Shown here: positions 26,601 to 37,625 of the stretch, one piece after another
How the letters are laid out: each line of letters starts with the position of its first letter
How positions within the stretch are numbered: the first letter of the stretch is position 1
Assembly: GCA_002269645.1 (NCBI GenBank)
Contig: NIVC01003797.1
Location: forward strand, 1-64,000
Length of the DNA stretch: 64,000 bases
DNA from: Macrostomum lignano
Taxonomy: Eukaryota
Direction: 5' to 3'
The notes under the pieces: model-generated
What the model saw: only the letters and a program-made list of their open reading frames with translations
Told to the model about the DNA's origin: nothing
The model's database searches: none
Made by a program: the position numbers and the translations under genes

Positions 26601-29600
26601 GATCTCATACCCGAATTAATAATTCTAATCTGACATCTCATACCTGATTGAACAATTCTAATCTGAGATATCATACCTAATTGAACAATTCTCATCTGAG
26701 ATCCCATATCTAATTGAACAATTCTCATCTGAGATCTCATACCTGATTGAACAATTCTCATCTGAGATCTCATACCTGATTGAACAATTCTCATCTGAGA
26801 TCTCATACCTGACTGAACAATTCTCATCTGAGATCTCATACCTGATTGAACAATTCTCATCTGAGATCTCATACCTGATTGAACAATTCTCATCTGAGAT
26901 CTCATAAGCAATTAAGTAAATTCTGGGATCTAATAACCGATTGAATAAAATCTCATCTGAGATCTCATACCTAAACGAACAGTTCTCACTGAATTATTAT
27001 ACCTGTCCCAATCCAGCAAATGGTCGGGAAAGAATGCAACAGAGTCGGCAGGGCGTGGCCAGTGTACCAGCTGCATAAAGCACACACGATGGAGGGGAAG
27101 AACAGCTGGGGGGAGGGGGGAAAGACAAATCGCAAGCAAAAGGGAAATCAGCGGCGACATTCCGGTGCGATCCTCCAGGTGAAGAAAGTGCACCGAAGCC
27201 ACGCAGAATCTGCCTGCTTCTGTGCAAAATTAACAGGCAGAAAAAGCAAAGGTTTGGTTGGCCAGAGTTTATAAAGTTTCTATAGCGAGTCCTCAATACA
27301 AAGTCAACAAAATCAGCTGGTTGCAATTGCGAATTGGTGATTGAACAATTTGAAGCTCGATTTCTCATAGCGCTAATCAGGTGCACACGGCAGGCCAAGC
27401 AGCGGCAAGCCTTACTCTGAGACCTGGCTCCATTCCAGCCTAAGACTCAGTCTCATTTTAGCCTGAGATTCAGTCTGATTCCAGCCTGAGATTCAGTCTG
27501 ATTCCAGCCTGAGATTCAGTCTGATTCCAGCCTGAGATTCAGTCTGATTCCAGCCTGAGATTCAGTCTGATTCCAGCCTGAGATTCAGTCTGATTCCAGC
27601 CTGAGATTCAGTCTGATTCCAGCCTGAGATTCAGTCTGATTCCAGCCTGAGATTCAGTCTGATTCCAGCCTGAGATTCAGTCTGATTCCAGCCTGAGATT
27701 CAGTCTGATTCCAGCCTGAGATTCAGTCTGATTCCAGCCTGAGATTCAGTCTGATTTCAGCCTGAGATTCAGTCTGATTCCAGCCTGAGATTCAGTCTGA
27801 TTCCAGCCTGAGATTCAGTCTGATTCCAGCCTGAGATTCAGTCTGATTCCAGCCTGAGATTCAGTCTGATTCCAGCCTGAGATTCAGTCTGATTCCAGCC
27901 TGAGATTCAGTCTGATTCCAGCCTGAGATTCAGTCTGATTCCAGCCTGAGATTCAGTCTCATTCCAGCCTGAGATTCAGTCTGATTCCAGCCTGAGATTC
28001 AGTCTGATTCCAGCCTGAGATTCAGTCTGATTTCAGCCTGAGATTCAGTCTGATTCCAGCCTGAGATTCAGTCTGATTCCAGCCTGAGATTCAGTCTGAT
28101 TCCAGCCTGAGATTCAGTCTGATTCCAGCCTGAGATTCAGTCTGATTCCAGCCTGAGATTCAGTCTGATTCCAGCCTGAGATTCAGTCTGATTCCAGCCT
28201 GAGATTCAGTCTGATTCCAGCCTGAGATTCAGTCTCATTCCAGCCTGAGATTCAGTCTGATTCCAGCCTGAGATTCAGTCTGATTCCAGCCTGAGATTCA
28301 GTCTCATTCCAGCCTGAGATTCAGTCTGATTCCAGCCTGAGATTCAGTCTGATTCCAGCCTGAGATTCAGTCTGATTCCAGCCTGAGATTCAGTCTGATT
28401 CCAGCCTGAGATTCAGTCTGATTCCAGCCTGAGATTCAGTCTGATTCCAGCCTGAGATTCAGTCTGATTCCAGCCTGAGATTCAGTCTGATTCCAGCCTG
28501 AGATTCAGTCTGATTCCAGCCTGAGATTCAGTCTGATTCCAGCCTGAGATTCAGTCTGATTCCAGCCTGAGATTCAGTCTCATTCCAGCCTGAGATTCAG
28601 TCTCATTCCAGCCTGAGATTCAGTCTGATTCCAGCCTGAGATTCAGTCTGATTCCAGCCTGAGATTCAGTCTGATTCCAGCCTGAGATTCAGTCTGATTC
28701 CAGCCTGAGATTCAGTCTGATTCCAGCCTGAGATTCAGTCTGATTCCAGCCTGAGATTCAGTCTGATTCCAGCCTGAGATTCAGTCTGATTCCAGCCTGA
28801 GATTCAGTCTGATTCCAGCCTGAGATTCAGTCTGATTCCAGCCTGAGATTCAGTCTGATTCCAGCCTGAGATTCAGTCTCATTCCAGCCTGAGATTCAGT
28901 CTCATTCCAGCCTGAGATTCAGTCTGATTCCAGCCTGAGATTCAGTCTGATTCCAGCCTGAGATTCAGTCTGATTCCAGCCTGAGATTCAGTCTGATTCC
29001 AGCCTGAGATTCAGTCTGATTCCAGCCTGAGATTCAGTCTGATTCCAGCCTGAGATTCAGTCTGATTCCAGCCTGAGATTCAGTCTGATTCCAGCCTGAG
29101 ATTCAGTCTGATTCCAGCCTGAGATTCAGTCTGATTCCAGCCTGAGATTCAGTCTCATTCCAGCCTGAGATTCAGTCTGATTCCAGCCTGAGATTCAGTC
29201 TGATTCCAGCCTGAGATTCAGTCTGATTCCAGCCTGAGATTCAGTCTGATTCCAGCCTGAGATTCAGTCTGATTCCAGCCTGAGATTCAGTCTGATTCCA
29301 GCCTGAGATTCAGTCTGATTCCAGCCTGAGATTCAGTCTGATTCCAGCCTGAGATTCAGTCTGATTCCAGCCTGAGATTCAGTCTGATTCCAGCCTGAGA
29401 TTCAGTCTGATTCCAGCCTGAGATTCAGTCTGATTCCAGCCTGAGATTCAGTCTGATTCCAGCCTGAGATTCAGTCTCATTCCAGCCTGAGATTCAGTCT
29501 GATTCCAGCCTGAGATTCAGTCTGATTCCAGCCTGAGATTCAGTCTGATTCCAGCCTGAGATTCAGTCTGATTCCAGCCTGAGATTCAGTCTGATTCCAG

Positions 29601-32600
29601 CCTGAGATTCAGTCTGATTCCAGCCTGAGATTCAGTCTGATTCCAGCCTGAGATTCAGTCTCATTCCAGCCTGAGATTCAGTCTGATTCCAGCCTGAGAT
29701 TCAGTCTGATTCCAGCCTGAGATTCAGTCTGATTCCAGCCTGAGATTCAGTCTGATTCCAGCCTGAGATTCAGTCTGATTCCAGCCTGAGATTCAGTCTG
29801 ATTCCAGCCTGAGATTCAGTCTCATTCCAGCCTGAGATTCAGTCTGATTCCAGCCTGAGATTCAGTCTGATTCCAGCCTGAGATTCAGTCTCATTCCAGC
29901 CTGAGATTCAGTCTGATTCCAGCCTGAGATTCAGTCTGATTCCAGCCTGAGATTCAGTCTGATTCCAGCCTGAGATTCAGTCTGATTCCAGCCTGAGATT
30001 CAGTCTGATTCCAGCCTGAGATTCAGTCTGATTCCAGCCTGAGATTCAGTCTGATTCCAGCCTGAGATTCAGTCTGATTCCAGCCTGAGATTCAGTCTGA
30101 TTCCAGCCTGAGATTCAGTCTGATTCCAGCCTGAGATTCAGTCTGATTCCAGCCTGAGATTCAGTCTCATTCCAGCCTGAGATTCAGTCTGATTCCAGCC
30201 TGAGATTCAGTCTGATTCCAGCCTGAGATTCAGTCTCATTCCAGCCTGAGATTCAGTCTGATTCCAGCCTGAGATTCAGTCTGATTCCAGCCTGAGATTC
30301 AGTCTGATTCCAGCCTGAGATTCAGTCTGATTCCAGCCTGAGATTCAGTCTGATTCCAGCCTGAGATTCAGTCTGATTCCAGCCTGAGATTCAGTCTGAT
30401 TCCAGCCTGAGATTCAGTCTGATTCCAGCCTGAGATTCAGTCTGATTCCAGCCTGAGATTCAGTCTCATTCCAGCCTGAGATTCAGTCTCATTCCAGCCT
30501 GAGATTCAGTCTGATTCCAGCCTGAGATTCAGTCTGATTCCAGCCTGAGATTCAGTCTGATTCCAGCCTGAGATTCAGTCTGATTCCAGCCTGAGATTCA
30601 GTCTGATTCCAGCCTGAGATTCAGTCTCATTCCAGCCTGAGATTCAGTCTGATTCCAGCCTGAGATTCAGTCTGATTCCAGCCTGAGATTCAGTCTGATT
30701 CCAGCCTGAGATTCAGTCTGATTCCAGCCTGAGATTCAGTCTGATTCCAGCCTGAGATTCAGTCTGATTCCAGCCTGAGATTCAGTCTGATTCCAGCCTG
30801 AGATTCAGTCTGATTCCAGCCTGAGATTCAGTCTGATTCCAGCCTGAGATTCAGTCTGATTCCAGCCTGAGATTCAGTCTCATTCCAGCCTGAGATTCAG
30901 TCTGATTCCAGCCTGAGATTCAGTCTCATTCCAGCCTGAGATTCAGTCTGATTCCAGCCTGAGATTCAGTCTGATTCCAGCCTGAGATTCAGTCTGATTC
31001 CAGCCTGAGATTCAGTCTGATTCCAGCCTGAGATTCAGTCTGATTCCAGCCTGAGATTCAGTCTGATTCCAGCCTGAGATTCAGTCTGATTCCAGCCTGA
31101 GATTCAGTCTGATTCCAGCCTGAGATTCAGTCTGATTCCAGCCTGAGATTCAGTCTGATTCCAGCCTGAGATTCAGTCTCATTCCAGCCTGAGATTCAGT
31201 CTGATTCCAGCCTGAGATTCAGTCTGATTCCAGCCTGAGATTCAGTCTGATTCCAGCCTGAGATTCAGTCTGATTCCAGCCTGAGATTCAGTCTGATTCC
31301 AGCCTGAGATTCAGTCTGATTCCAGCCTGAGATTCAGTCTGATTCCAGCCTGAGATTCAGTCTCATTCCAGCCTGAGATTCAGTCTCATTCCAGACAAAT
31401 TTTAGAGTTCGGCTGGCAAGGGAATACCTCGTCACTCAGGGGTGACAGGCCGGCAATGTAGTGGCCTCCGGGACCCTCGGCTCGCAGGTAGGCTCCAGAG
31501 GGACAATTGAGCAGAGGCGTGGGGAATAGATCCTCTTTGCAGTGCAGGTGGTAAACGTAACGAAGGCTGGTTGCATGGGATTAAGGGAGAAAAACAATTA
31601 TTTCAAAACAACACAGGTGGTCCTTCAGTGAACTCTGCTACCCTCAGGGCCTTCAGTGAACTGCTGCTACCCTCAGGTCCTTCAGTGAACTGCTGCTACC
31701 CTCAGGTCCTTCAGTGAACTCTGCTACCCTCAGGTCCTTCAGTGAACTCTGCTACCCTCAGGTCCTTCAGTGAACTCTGCTACCCTCAGGTCCTTCAGTG
31801 AACTCTGCTACCCTCAGGTCCTTCAGTGAACTCTGCTACCCTCAGGGCCTTCAGTGAACTGCTGCTACCTTCAGGTCCTTCAGTGAACTCTGCTACCTTC
31901 AGGTCCTTCAGTGAACTGCTGCTACCCTCAGGTCCTTCAGTGAACTCTGCTACCTTCAGGTCCTTCAGTGAACTGCTGCTACCCTCAGGTCCTTCAGTGA
32001 ACTGCTGCTACCCTCAGGGCCTTCAGTGAACTGCTGCTACCCTCAGGGCCTTCAGTGAACTGCTGCTACCCTCAGGGCCTTCAGTGAACTGCTGCTACCC
32101 TCAGGGCCTTCAGTGAACTGCTGCTACCCTCAGGTCCTTCAGTGAACTGCTGCTACCCTCAGGTCCTTCAGTTGGCTGGTCCGCTGCCACCCTGACTTAA
32201 AAAATAAGCAGAACTCACCGAGGCTCCACCGGCAGTTTAACTTTGCCAGCAAAATCACCAACGCCGGCCAGGTGCGCCACGTGACCCGCCCAGGGTCCGG
32301 CCGCGTTCACAACCACGCCGAAGTTGATGTTGCGGACCAGGTTGTCCGGGCACTTCACCTGGGATTGGGATGCGAGCGTATTGAGGGTCTCATTAGCTGT
32401 ATGTGTTGTTTGTCTGCCCGCCTGCCTGCCTTAACGTCAGTCTACGAGTCTTCAAGTGCCTGTCTTAATGCATGTCTTAGCGCCTGTCCTAGTGCCTGTC
32501 TTAGCGCCTGTCTTAATGCATGTCTTAGCGCCTGTCCTAGTGCCTGTCTAAGCGCCTGTCTTAATGCATGTCTTAGCGCCTGTCCTAGTGCCTGTCTTAG

Positions 32601-35187
32601 CGCCTGTCTTAATGCATGTCTTAGCGCCTGTCCTAGTGCCTGTCTTAGCGCCTGTCTTAATGCATGCCTTAGTGTCTGTCCTAGTGCCTGTCTTAGCGCC
32701 TGTCTTAATGCATGCCTTAGTGTCTGTCCTAGTGCCTGTCTTAGCGCCTGTCTTAATGCATGTCCTAGCGTCTGTCTTAATACCTGCCCCAGTGCCCTAG
32801 TATATCATAAATGAATTACTGCCTGTCATAACACCTGGCTTAGTGGTTGTCTTATCTGAATGACATTACACAAACGGTGCCTCTGTACCTACCAGAGCAG
32901 CCTTCAGCCGCTCCTGTTCAAACGATAGATCGCCCTTGACGTATCGTTGCATAGAGAATTCAAAGTCTAACAATTCGCCGACAACAAATTTGACGTTTTG
33001 TGAAACAGCCTTTCGCTTTAACGCTTGCAGAAACAGGTAGGGGTCGAACCAGCCTTCGTTTTCAGTGCCTGGCCAGATAAATTTGTAAATCGAAAATTAG
33101 GTTAAGCAATTATTAATAATAAATAGATACGAGTACCTATCACTGACAAAAAACTTTTTATGACGTCATTCAATTTTCCAATCACGCTATATAGCCCTAG
33201 CCAACCAGAGACAGACAGCTATTTAATGACGTCATCAAACCCTAGCCAATCAGAGACAGACAACTTTTTAATGACGTCATCTAACCCTGACCAATCAGAG
33301 ACAGCTTTTTAATGACGTCATCAAATCGACGTCATCAAACCCTGACCAATCAGAGACCGACAGTTTTTAATGACATCATACTGCACTAACTAAATCAGTC
33401 AGTGACCGGAATCGCCCCAGCAACCATGAATAAAGAAAAGCTACAAACCGAAGGCTCCCAGAGCGATATCGGACACATTCAGCCATGGCCAGGTCTCTTT
33501 CATCTTCTACGGCGACATGAGGTCCACTTTTGCGCCAAGCTTCCTGACAGGCGGTAAATGAATAAGGAAAAGTTAATGAGAATTCATTAATGGATACTAT
33601 AGCTGTTTTAACTGACCTCTGAGCCTGATTGTTCGTACGCAGGGTCTCTGCGTTCGCCTCATCTGCCAGGACCAAGTAGCCATGAGGGGCGTAGCAAATG
33701 TCCGGCGGGTCCAGGTCTGAGGGACAGAGTGAGGGTGGGTTGGGTGGAACGGCCCGTTGAGCTTGAGCAATGGCACCAGAAGCACGTGTGATCAGGATGG
33801 GATCACAGAAGAAAATGAAATCACAGAATCCAATTATTAGAATCATAGAAGTTAATGAGATCACTGAAGCCAATGGGATCACAGATGCCAATGGGATCAC
33901 TGAAGCCAATGGGATCACAGATGCCAATGGGATCACCGAAGCCAATGGGATCACCGAAGCCAATGGGATCACTGAAGCCAATGGGATCACTGAAGCCAAT
34001 GGGATCACAGATGCCAATGGGATCACTGAAGCCAATGGGATCACAGATGCCAATGGGATCACCGAAGCCAATGGGATCACCGAAGCCAATGGGATCACTG
34101 AAGCCAATGGGATCACTGAAGCCAATGGGATCACAGATGCCAATGGGATCACCGAAGCCAATGGGATCACCGAAGCCAATGGGATCACTGAAGCCAATGG
34201 GATCACAGATGCCAATGGGATCACAGGAAACCCAAGGGGATGAAAAAACTTGACGAAATCAGAAAATCTCGTGGGATCACAGGACGGAATGGGAAGTCAT
34301 TAAGTCAAACAGCAGTCTCACCAAACACGGCTAAATTCTCCTTGATGTTGCGCAGAAACTGGGAGCCAAACAGTGACATTTGAATATTCTCCGGCTCGGA
34401 GAATTGCTGTCGGATGCCACCGCAGGAGAGCGGACTGGCCGCCCTGGTGTAGGCCGGGTCCCGCTCCACCACCACTACGTTGCAATTGACCTGCCTGCTA
34501 AGCCAGTAGGCGACACTGCAACCGATGGCGCCGCCGCCGATCACCAAGGCGTCGCATTCGTCCGGGAAATCTTCGTCCGGATCTGTTAGCGGAAGCATGC
34601 AGAAAGCGTTTAGGATTGAAAGACATTTGAGACTAAGAGCATATAGAAAAGCATCGGGACTCTCAACAGGTGTGGCATCATGAGTCTCAACAGGTGTGGC
34701 ATCATGAGTCTTAACAGGTGTGGCATCAGGACTCTTAACAGGTGTGGAATCAGGAGTCTTAACAGGTGTGGCATCAGGACTCTTAACAGGTGTGGCATCA
34801 GGACTCTTAACAGGTGTGGCATCAGGACTCTTAACAGGTGTGGCATCAGGACTCTTAACAGGTGTGGCATCAGGACTCTTAAAGGGTTGTTCGTTGGGAC
34901 TCTGAACAGGTGTAAAATTTTAAACATTATATCCTATTAAATTTGTGGCATCAATGTGGTGAAGAAGAAAAAGAGTAAAAAAAGAAGAAGAGTAGAAAAA
35001 CAAATGCAATCTCACCAACAGTATAAGTAGGCCTGTCCTTATTTTCGATTCCTTTCCACGATGGTTGGCTAACCCGCTCCAGGCCCTGGGTTCGCTTGGG
35101 ATCGCCGACAAACCTGGCGCCAGTGGGCGTGCAGAGCCGGCGCAGATGGCCGCCCAGCTGCCACAATGCGCGCCCGCTTCGCTGCAT
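23692..35187 (-). CDS. FOXRED1: FAD-dependent oxidoreductase domain-containing protein 1 (complex I assembly factor)-like, 481 codons, with an in-frame TAG at codon 190; exons complement(35016..35187, 34322..34582, 33617..33716, 33449..33543, 32893..33068, 32219..32358, 31428..31566, 23692..24054)
   Basis: Rossmann motif VIGGGAIGCSVAYWL; ERDP.YTRAASPLSCGGIRQQFS; HGYLVLA; ENEGWFDP; VVNAAGPWAG; KLPVEPR; AWAGFYDYNTFDQN; GSSGHGIQHA; C-terminal ETGII. Seven GT-AG introns with consistent phases; total 1446 nt. Arg-rich N-terminus resembles a mitochondrial presequence. The ATG at 35187 overlaps a possible acceptor (TTTATGCAG), so the start is less certain. Confidence 0.93.
24070..24318. repeat. 40 bp minisatellite, about 6 units, abutting the 3' splice site of FOXRED1 intron 7
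   Basis: Unit GTGAGATTAGATGCAGAATAGATGTAGCTGCTGGTTGCAG. Confidence 0.93.
24977..25190. repeat. Three tandem copies of a 73-bp unit; a single related copy lies at about 60346-60415
   Basis: GGCTTTGCATAGCAGAGTGTGAAAGTGGCAGCAATAGTCTATGGCCAGCCCTG starts at 24977, 25050 and 25123. Confidence 0.93.
26520..26990. repeat. 33 bp minisatellite (TCTGAGATCTCATACCTGATTGAACAATTCTCA)
   Basis: Direct tandem periodicity. The unit contains the palindrome TGAGATCTCA. Confidence 0.95.
27420..31394. repeat. Highly homogeneous 23 bp satellite (TTCCAGCCTGAGATTCAGTCTGA), about 170 copies, about 4 kb
   Basis: Nearly invariant periodicity. The main variant is TCTCA for TCTGA, with a rare TTTCAG variant. Confidence 0.99.
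31621..32171. repeat. 28/29 bp minisatellite in FOXRED1 intron 6
   Basis: Unit CCTTCAGTGAACT(G)CTGCTACCCTCAGGT. Confidence 0.96.
32455..32790. repeat. 12 bp minisatellite with 48-bp higher-order repeat in FOXRED1 intron 5
   Basis: GCCTGTCTTAAT-GCATGTCTTAGC-GCCTGTCCTAGT-GCCTGTCTTAGC repeated. Confidence 0.95.
33155..33378. repeat. About 45 bp degenerate repeat in FOXRED1 intron 4 containing TGACGTCA and CCAAT motifs
   Basis: TGACGTCA at 33161, 33227, 33272 and 33313; CCAAT at about 33178, 33246, 33291 and 33346. Confidence 0.85.
33855..34225. repeat. 18 bp minisatellite (GAAGCCAATGGGATCACC) in FOXRED1 intron 2
   Basis: Direct tandem periodicity. Produces the spurious ITEANG and VIPLAS ORFs. 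Confidence 0.96.
34657..34882. repeat. 24 bp minisatellite (CTTAACAGGTGTGGCATCAGGACT) in FOXRED1 intron 1
   Basis: Direct tandem periodicity. Confidence 0.95.
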
Positions 35188-35254
35188 AAAGCCGAAAGCA
35201 CAACTTTAATTAAGTTTGTGATATTCGATTTGATGGAATCTGATTGGCGGAGTA

Positions 35255-35600
35255 GGGAGGGGCAGATAAGCCACTGAAGCTGGCTGGAGGAGTGGGGAGG
35301 GGCAGATAAGGGTAGAAATCAATTGAGGCTGGCTGGAGGAGTGGGGAGGGGCAGATAAGGGTAGGAATGAATCGAGGCTGGCCGGAGGAGTGGGGAGGGG
35401 CAGATAAGGGTAGAAATCAATTGAGGCTGGCTGGAGGAGTGGGGAGGGGCAGATAAGGGTAGGAATGAATCGAGGCTGGCCGGAGGAGTGGGGAGGGGCA
35501 GATAAGGGTAGAAATCAATTGAGGCTGGCTGGGGCGTGAGGAGGGGCAAATAAGCTTAGGAATGAACTGAGGCTGGCAGGAAGAGTGGGGAGGGGTAGAT
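35255..35600. repeat. 49 bp G-rich minisatellite immediately upstream of the FOXRED1 start codon
   Basis: Unit GAGGCTGGCTGGAGGAGTGGGGAGGGGCAGATAAGGGTAGAAATCAATT, about 6-7 copies. Confidence 0.93.
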
Positions 35601-36679
35601 AGGAATAGCACTATTGACGATGGCTGATAGAATCGACGCAAACTGACAAGGAAATGAAGAGGTTAGAAAGAGTAAATTTTTAAAGATGGTCAATCAAATT
35701 TTATATAATCAATTGTATGTGCGCCATGCAGCTGATTTTATTTTCTTATTTCGGTTTCAATTTAACAAAATTAGCTCATTCAGGCAAGCCATTAGTCATG
35801 CAAAGTAATCTTTAAAAGCAAACACGGATGTAGACTCCAAACACAATCAATAAGGGAGCTGCGGACTGTAGGGGGACCAACTAAGCATAGATAAAATAAG
35901 GCAAATAACACCTTTATATAAAGCAGAAACTTGAAATATTTCTAGTTTAAAGCCGATAGATACGCAGATCGATAGAGTATACGCTGTGAAGCAGAGGCAA
36001 CGACAAATTAATTAATAACAGCGAAATCGATATCAGTGCAAAACATAAAAAAGAAACAAAGGATTTTAATAATAGAAATATGTTAATGCCCGGGATCTGG
36101 GCACAGACTTCAAGGCAAGAAGGAGAGAGAGAGAGAAAAGAGTTCGTGTATAACCAGAACTCGCACTGCATTCGGTGGCTAGACTTCGGTGATTTGAGTA
36201 GTTTATGAATCATAAATATTGCATTTAGATAAACTGCAGAGTGCAAAACTCATACAGACCCATACTGATACTGATCAGATCATTTCAGGCATGATTGAAT
36301 CCTTTATTTAATGAAACAAAATAAAAAATATAAATATAAGCACTTCAAGCATGCAGATCTTAAAATACATATTTATATAGCAACTAAAAACAAGAGACTA
36401 GACGCGCCAAAAAAGTACAAAAAGATAAAAGTACACCAACAGGTGGAAATACCTATTAATTAAAAAATACTAGCTAGGTAAAATAATGTTTTTGTATGAA
36501 CTTTATAAGATAATAAAAAGCATTAAGGATTGCCCATCTAAAATTGAAAACAGCATCGCTAAAAGGAAGTCCCTGTAACTAGGGAATCAGGACGACGGAA
36601 ATCGGCACAAGGACGAATGTCCACAGTATTGGAACTTCAAACAGGGTAAACTATCAATAAGGGAATTAGGAATTACTCA

Positions 36680-36880
36680 AAAGGGGAATCCCAAAAGGGA
36701 AATCCCAGAAGGGAAATCTTGAAAAGGGAAATCCACAAAAGGGGAATCCCGAAAAGGTAAACCCCACAAAAGGGAATCTTTTAAAGGGTAAATTTCAAAT
36801 AGGACAATCCCTCAAAAAGTCGATACCAAAGAGGGAATCCCAATAAGGGTGAATCCCAAATAGGGGAATCCCAAGAATGC
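36680..36880. repeat. Degenerate 14-15 bp repeat (AAAAGGGGAATCCC)
   Basis: About 10 imperfect copies visible. Confidence 0.75.
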
Positions 36881-37223
36881 AAAGGGAAACATTAAACAGG
36901 AGCATTTTCTTCGTTATAGACGAGCTATTAATAGTAGTCCTTACACCATTTGTGCCATAAGCATGTCTACTAGTTAATTTAAAATAACTAAACTAGTCAA
37001 AAACGATTATTTCAAACTATAAAACCAATAAAAACAACAACAGGAATAAAACATCAAAAAGACCGGCTACTGCAGGGTGCAGGTTGTGCCAATTCTAATA
37101 AACTAAACAGAATATTTTTAGCTTCAAGCTGTGCAATAGCAGACGATAATACAACCGGTGCGAACACGCTATAAAATCCCGACAAAGCTGTTCCTCCCCC
37201 CCCCCTAGCAGACTGTCGATAGC

Positions 37224-37625
37224 TCAATACCCGGAATTGGTCAGAGCTTCCTTGATTTTGGAGGCGGCGAAGTTCACCCGCTGGCAGCCGGCCATGGAGG
37301 CCTGCTCGCCCTCTTCGGCCAGGTAGCCGCCAACAATGACGGCCTGGCCGGTGCGCATCGCTGACAGGCTGGACGGCCCGCTGCGAGCGTCAATCTCGCC
37401 GTCCTGCAAGCGCAAAGTCATAAACCGGCGGCCCTGGAAGCTGAAGGCGGAGAATTCGCCGGCGCTCGACTTGCCGGTGCCGGCGACCAGGGCCTGCACC
37501 TCAGCCTGGCTGGGGCTGCACTGGCCGGACTGGGCCCACACGGACCCGTCTAGGCCAAATATGGCGGCCGCATTGACGCCCGGATACTGCATCATGTTGT
37601 CTACCCACGGTTGCCAAGAGGACAT
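37224..37625 (-). CDS. Profilin, 133 aa, intronless
   Basis: N-terminal MSSWQPWVDNMM helix (SWxxYVD-like), AAIFGLDGSVWAQS, FSFQGRRFMTLR, TGQAVIVG. Length and C-terminal helix ending SGY are typical of profilins. Confidence 0.92.
   Translation of the reverse strand: MSSWQPWVDNMMQYPGVNAAAIFGLDGSVWAQSGQCSPSQAEVQALVAGTGKSSAGEFSAFSFQGRRFMTLRLQDGEIDARSGPSSLSAMRTGQAVIVGGYLAEEGEQASMAGCQRVNFAASKIKEALTNSGY

Noticed and set aside
33507-33509. Genetic-code reassignment of TAG as explanation for the FOXRED1 stop
   Set aside because: Only one internal TAG among about 2400 reconstructed codons, and the AJM1-like gene appears to terminate at TAG.
33376-34253. 282-aa VIPLAS and 157-aa ITEANG ORFs
   Set aside because: 18-bp intronic minisatellite. 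Only 33617-33716 of the minus ORF is a true FOXRED1 exon.
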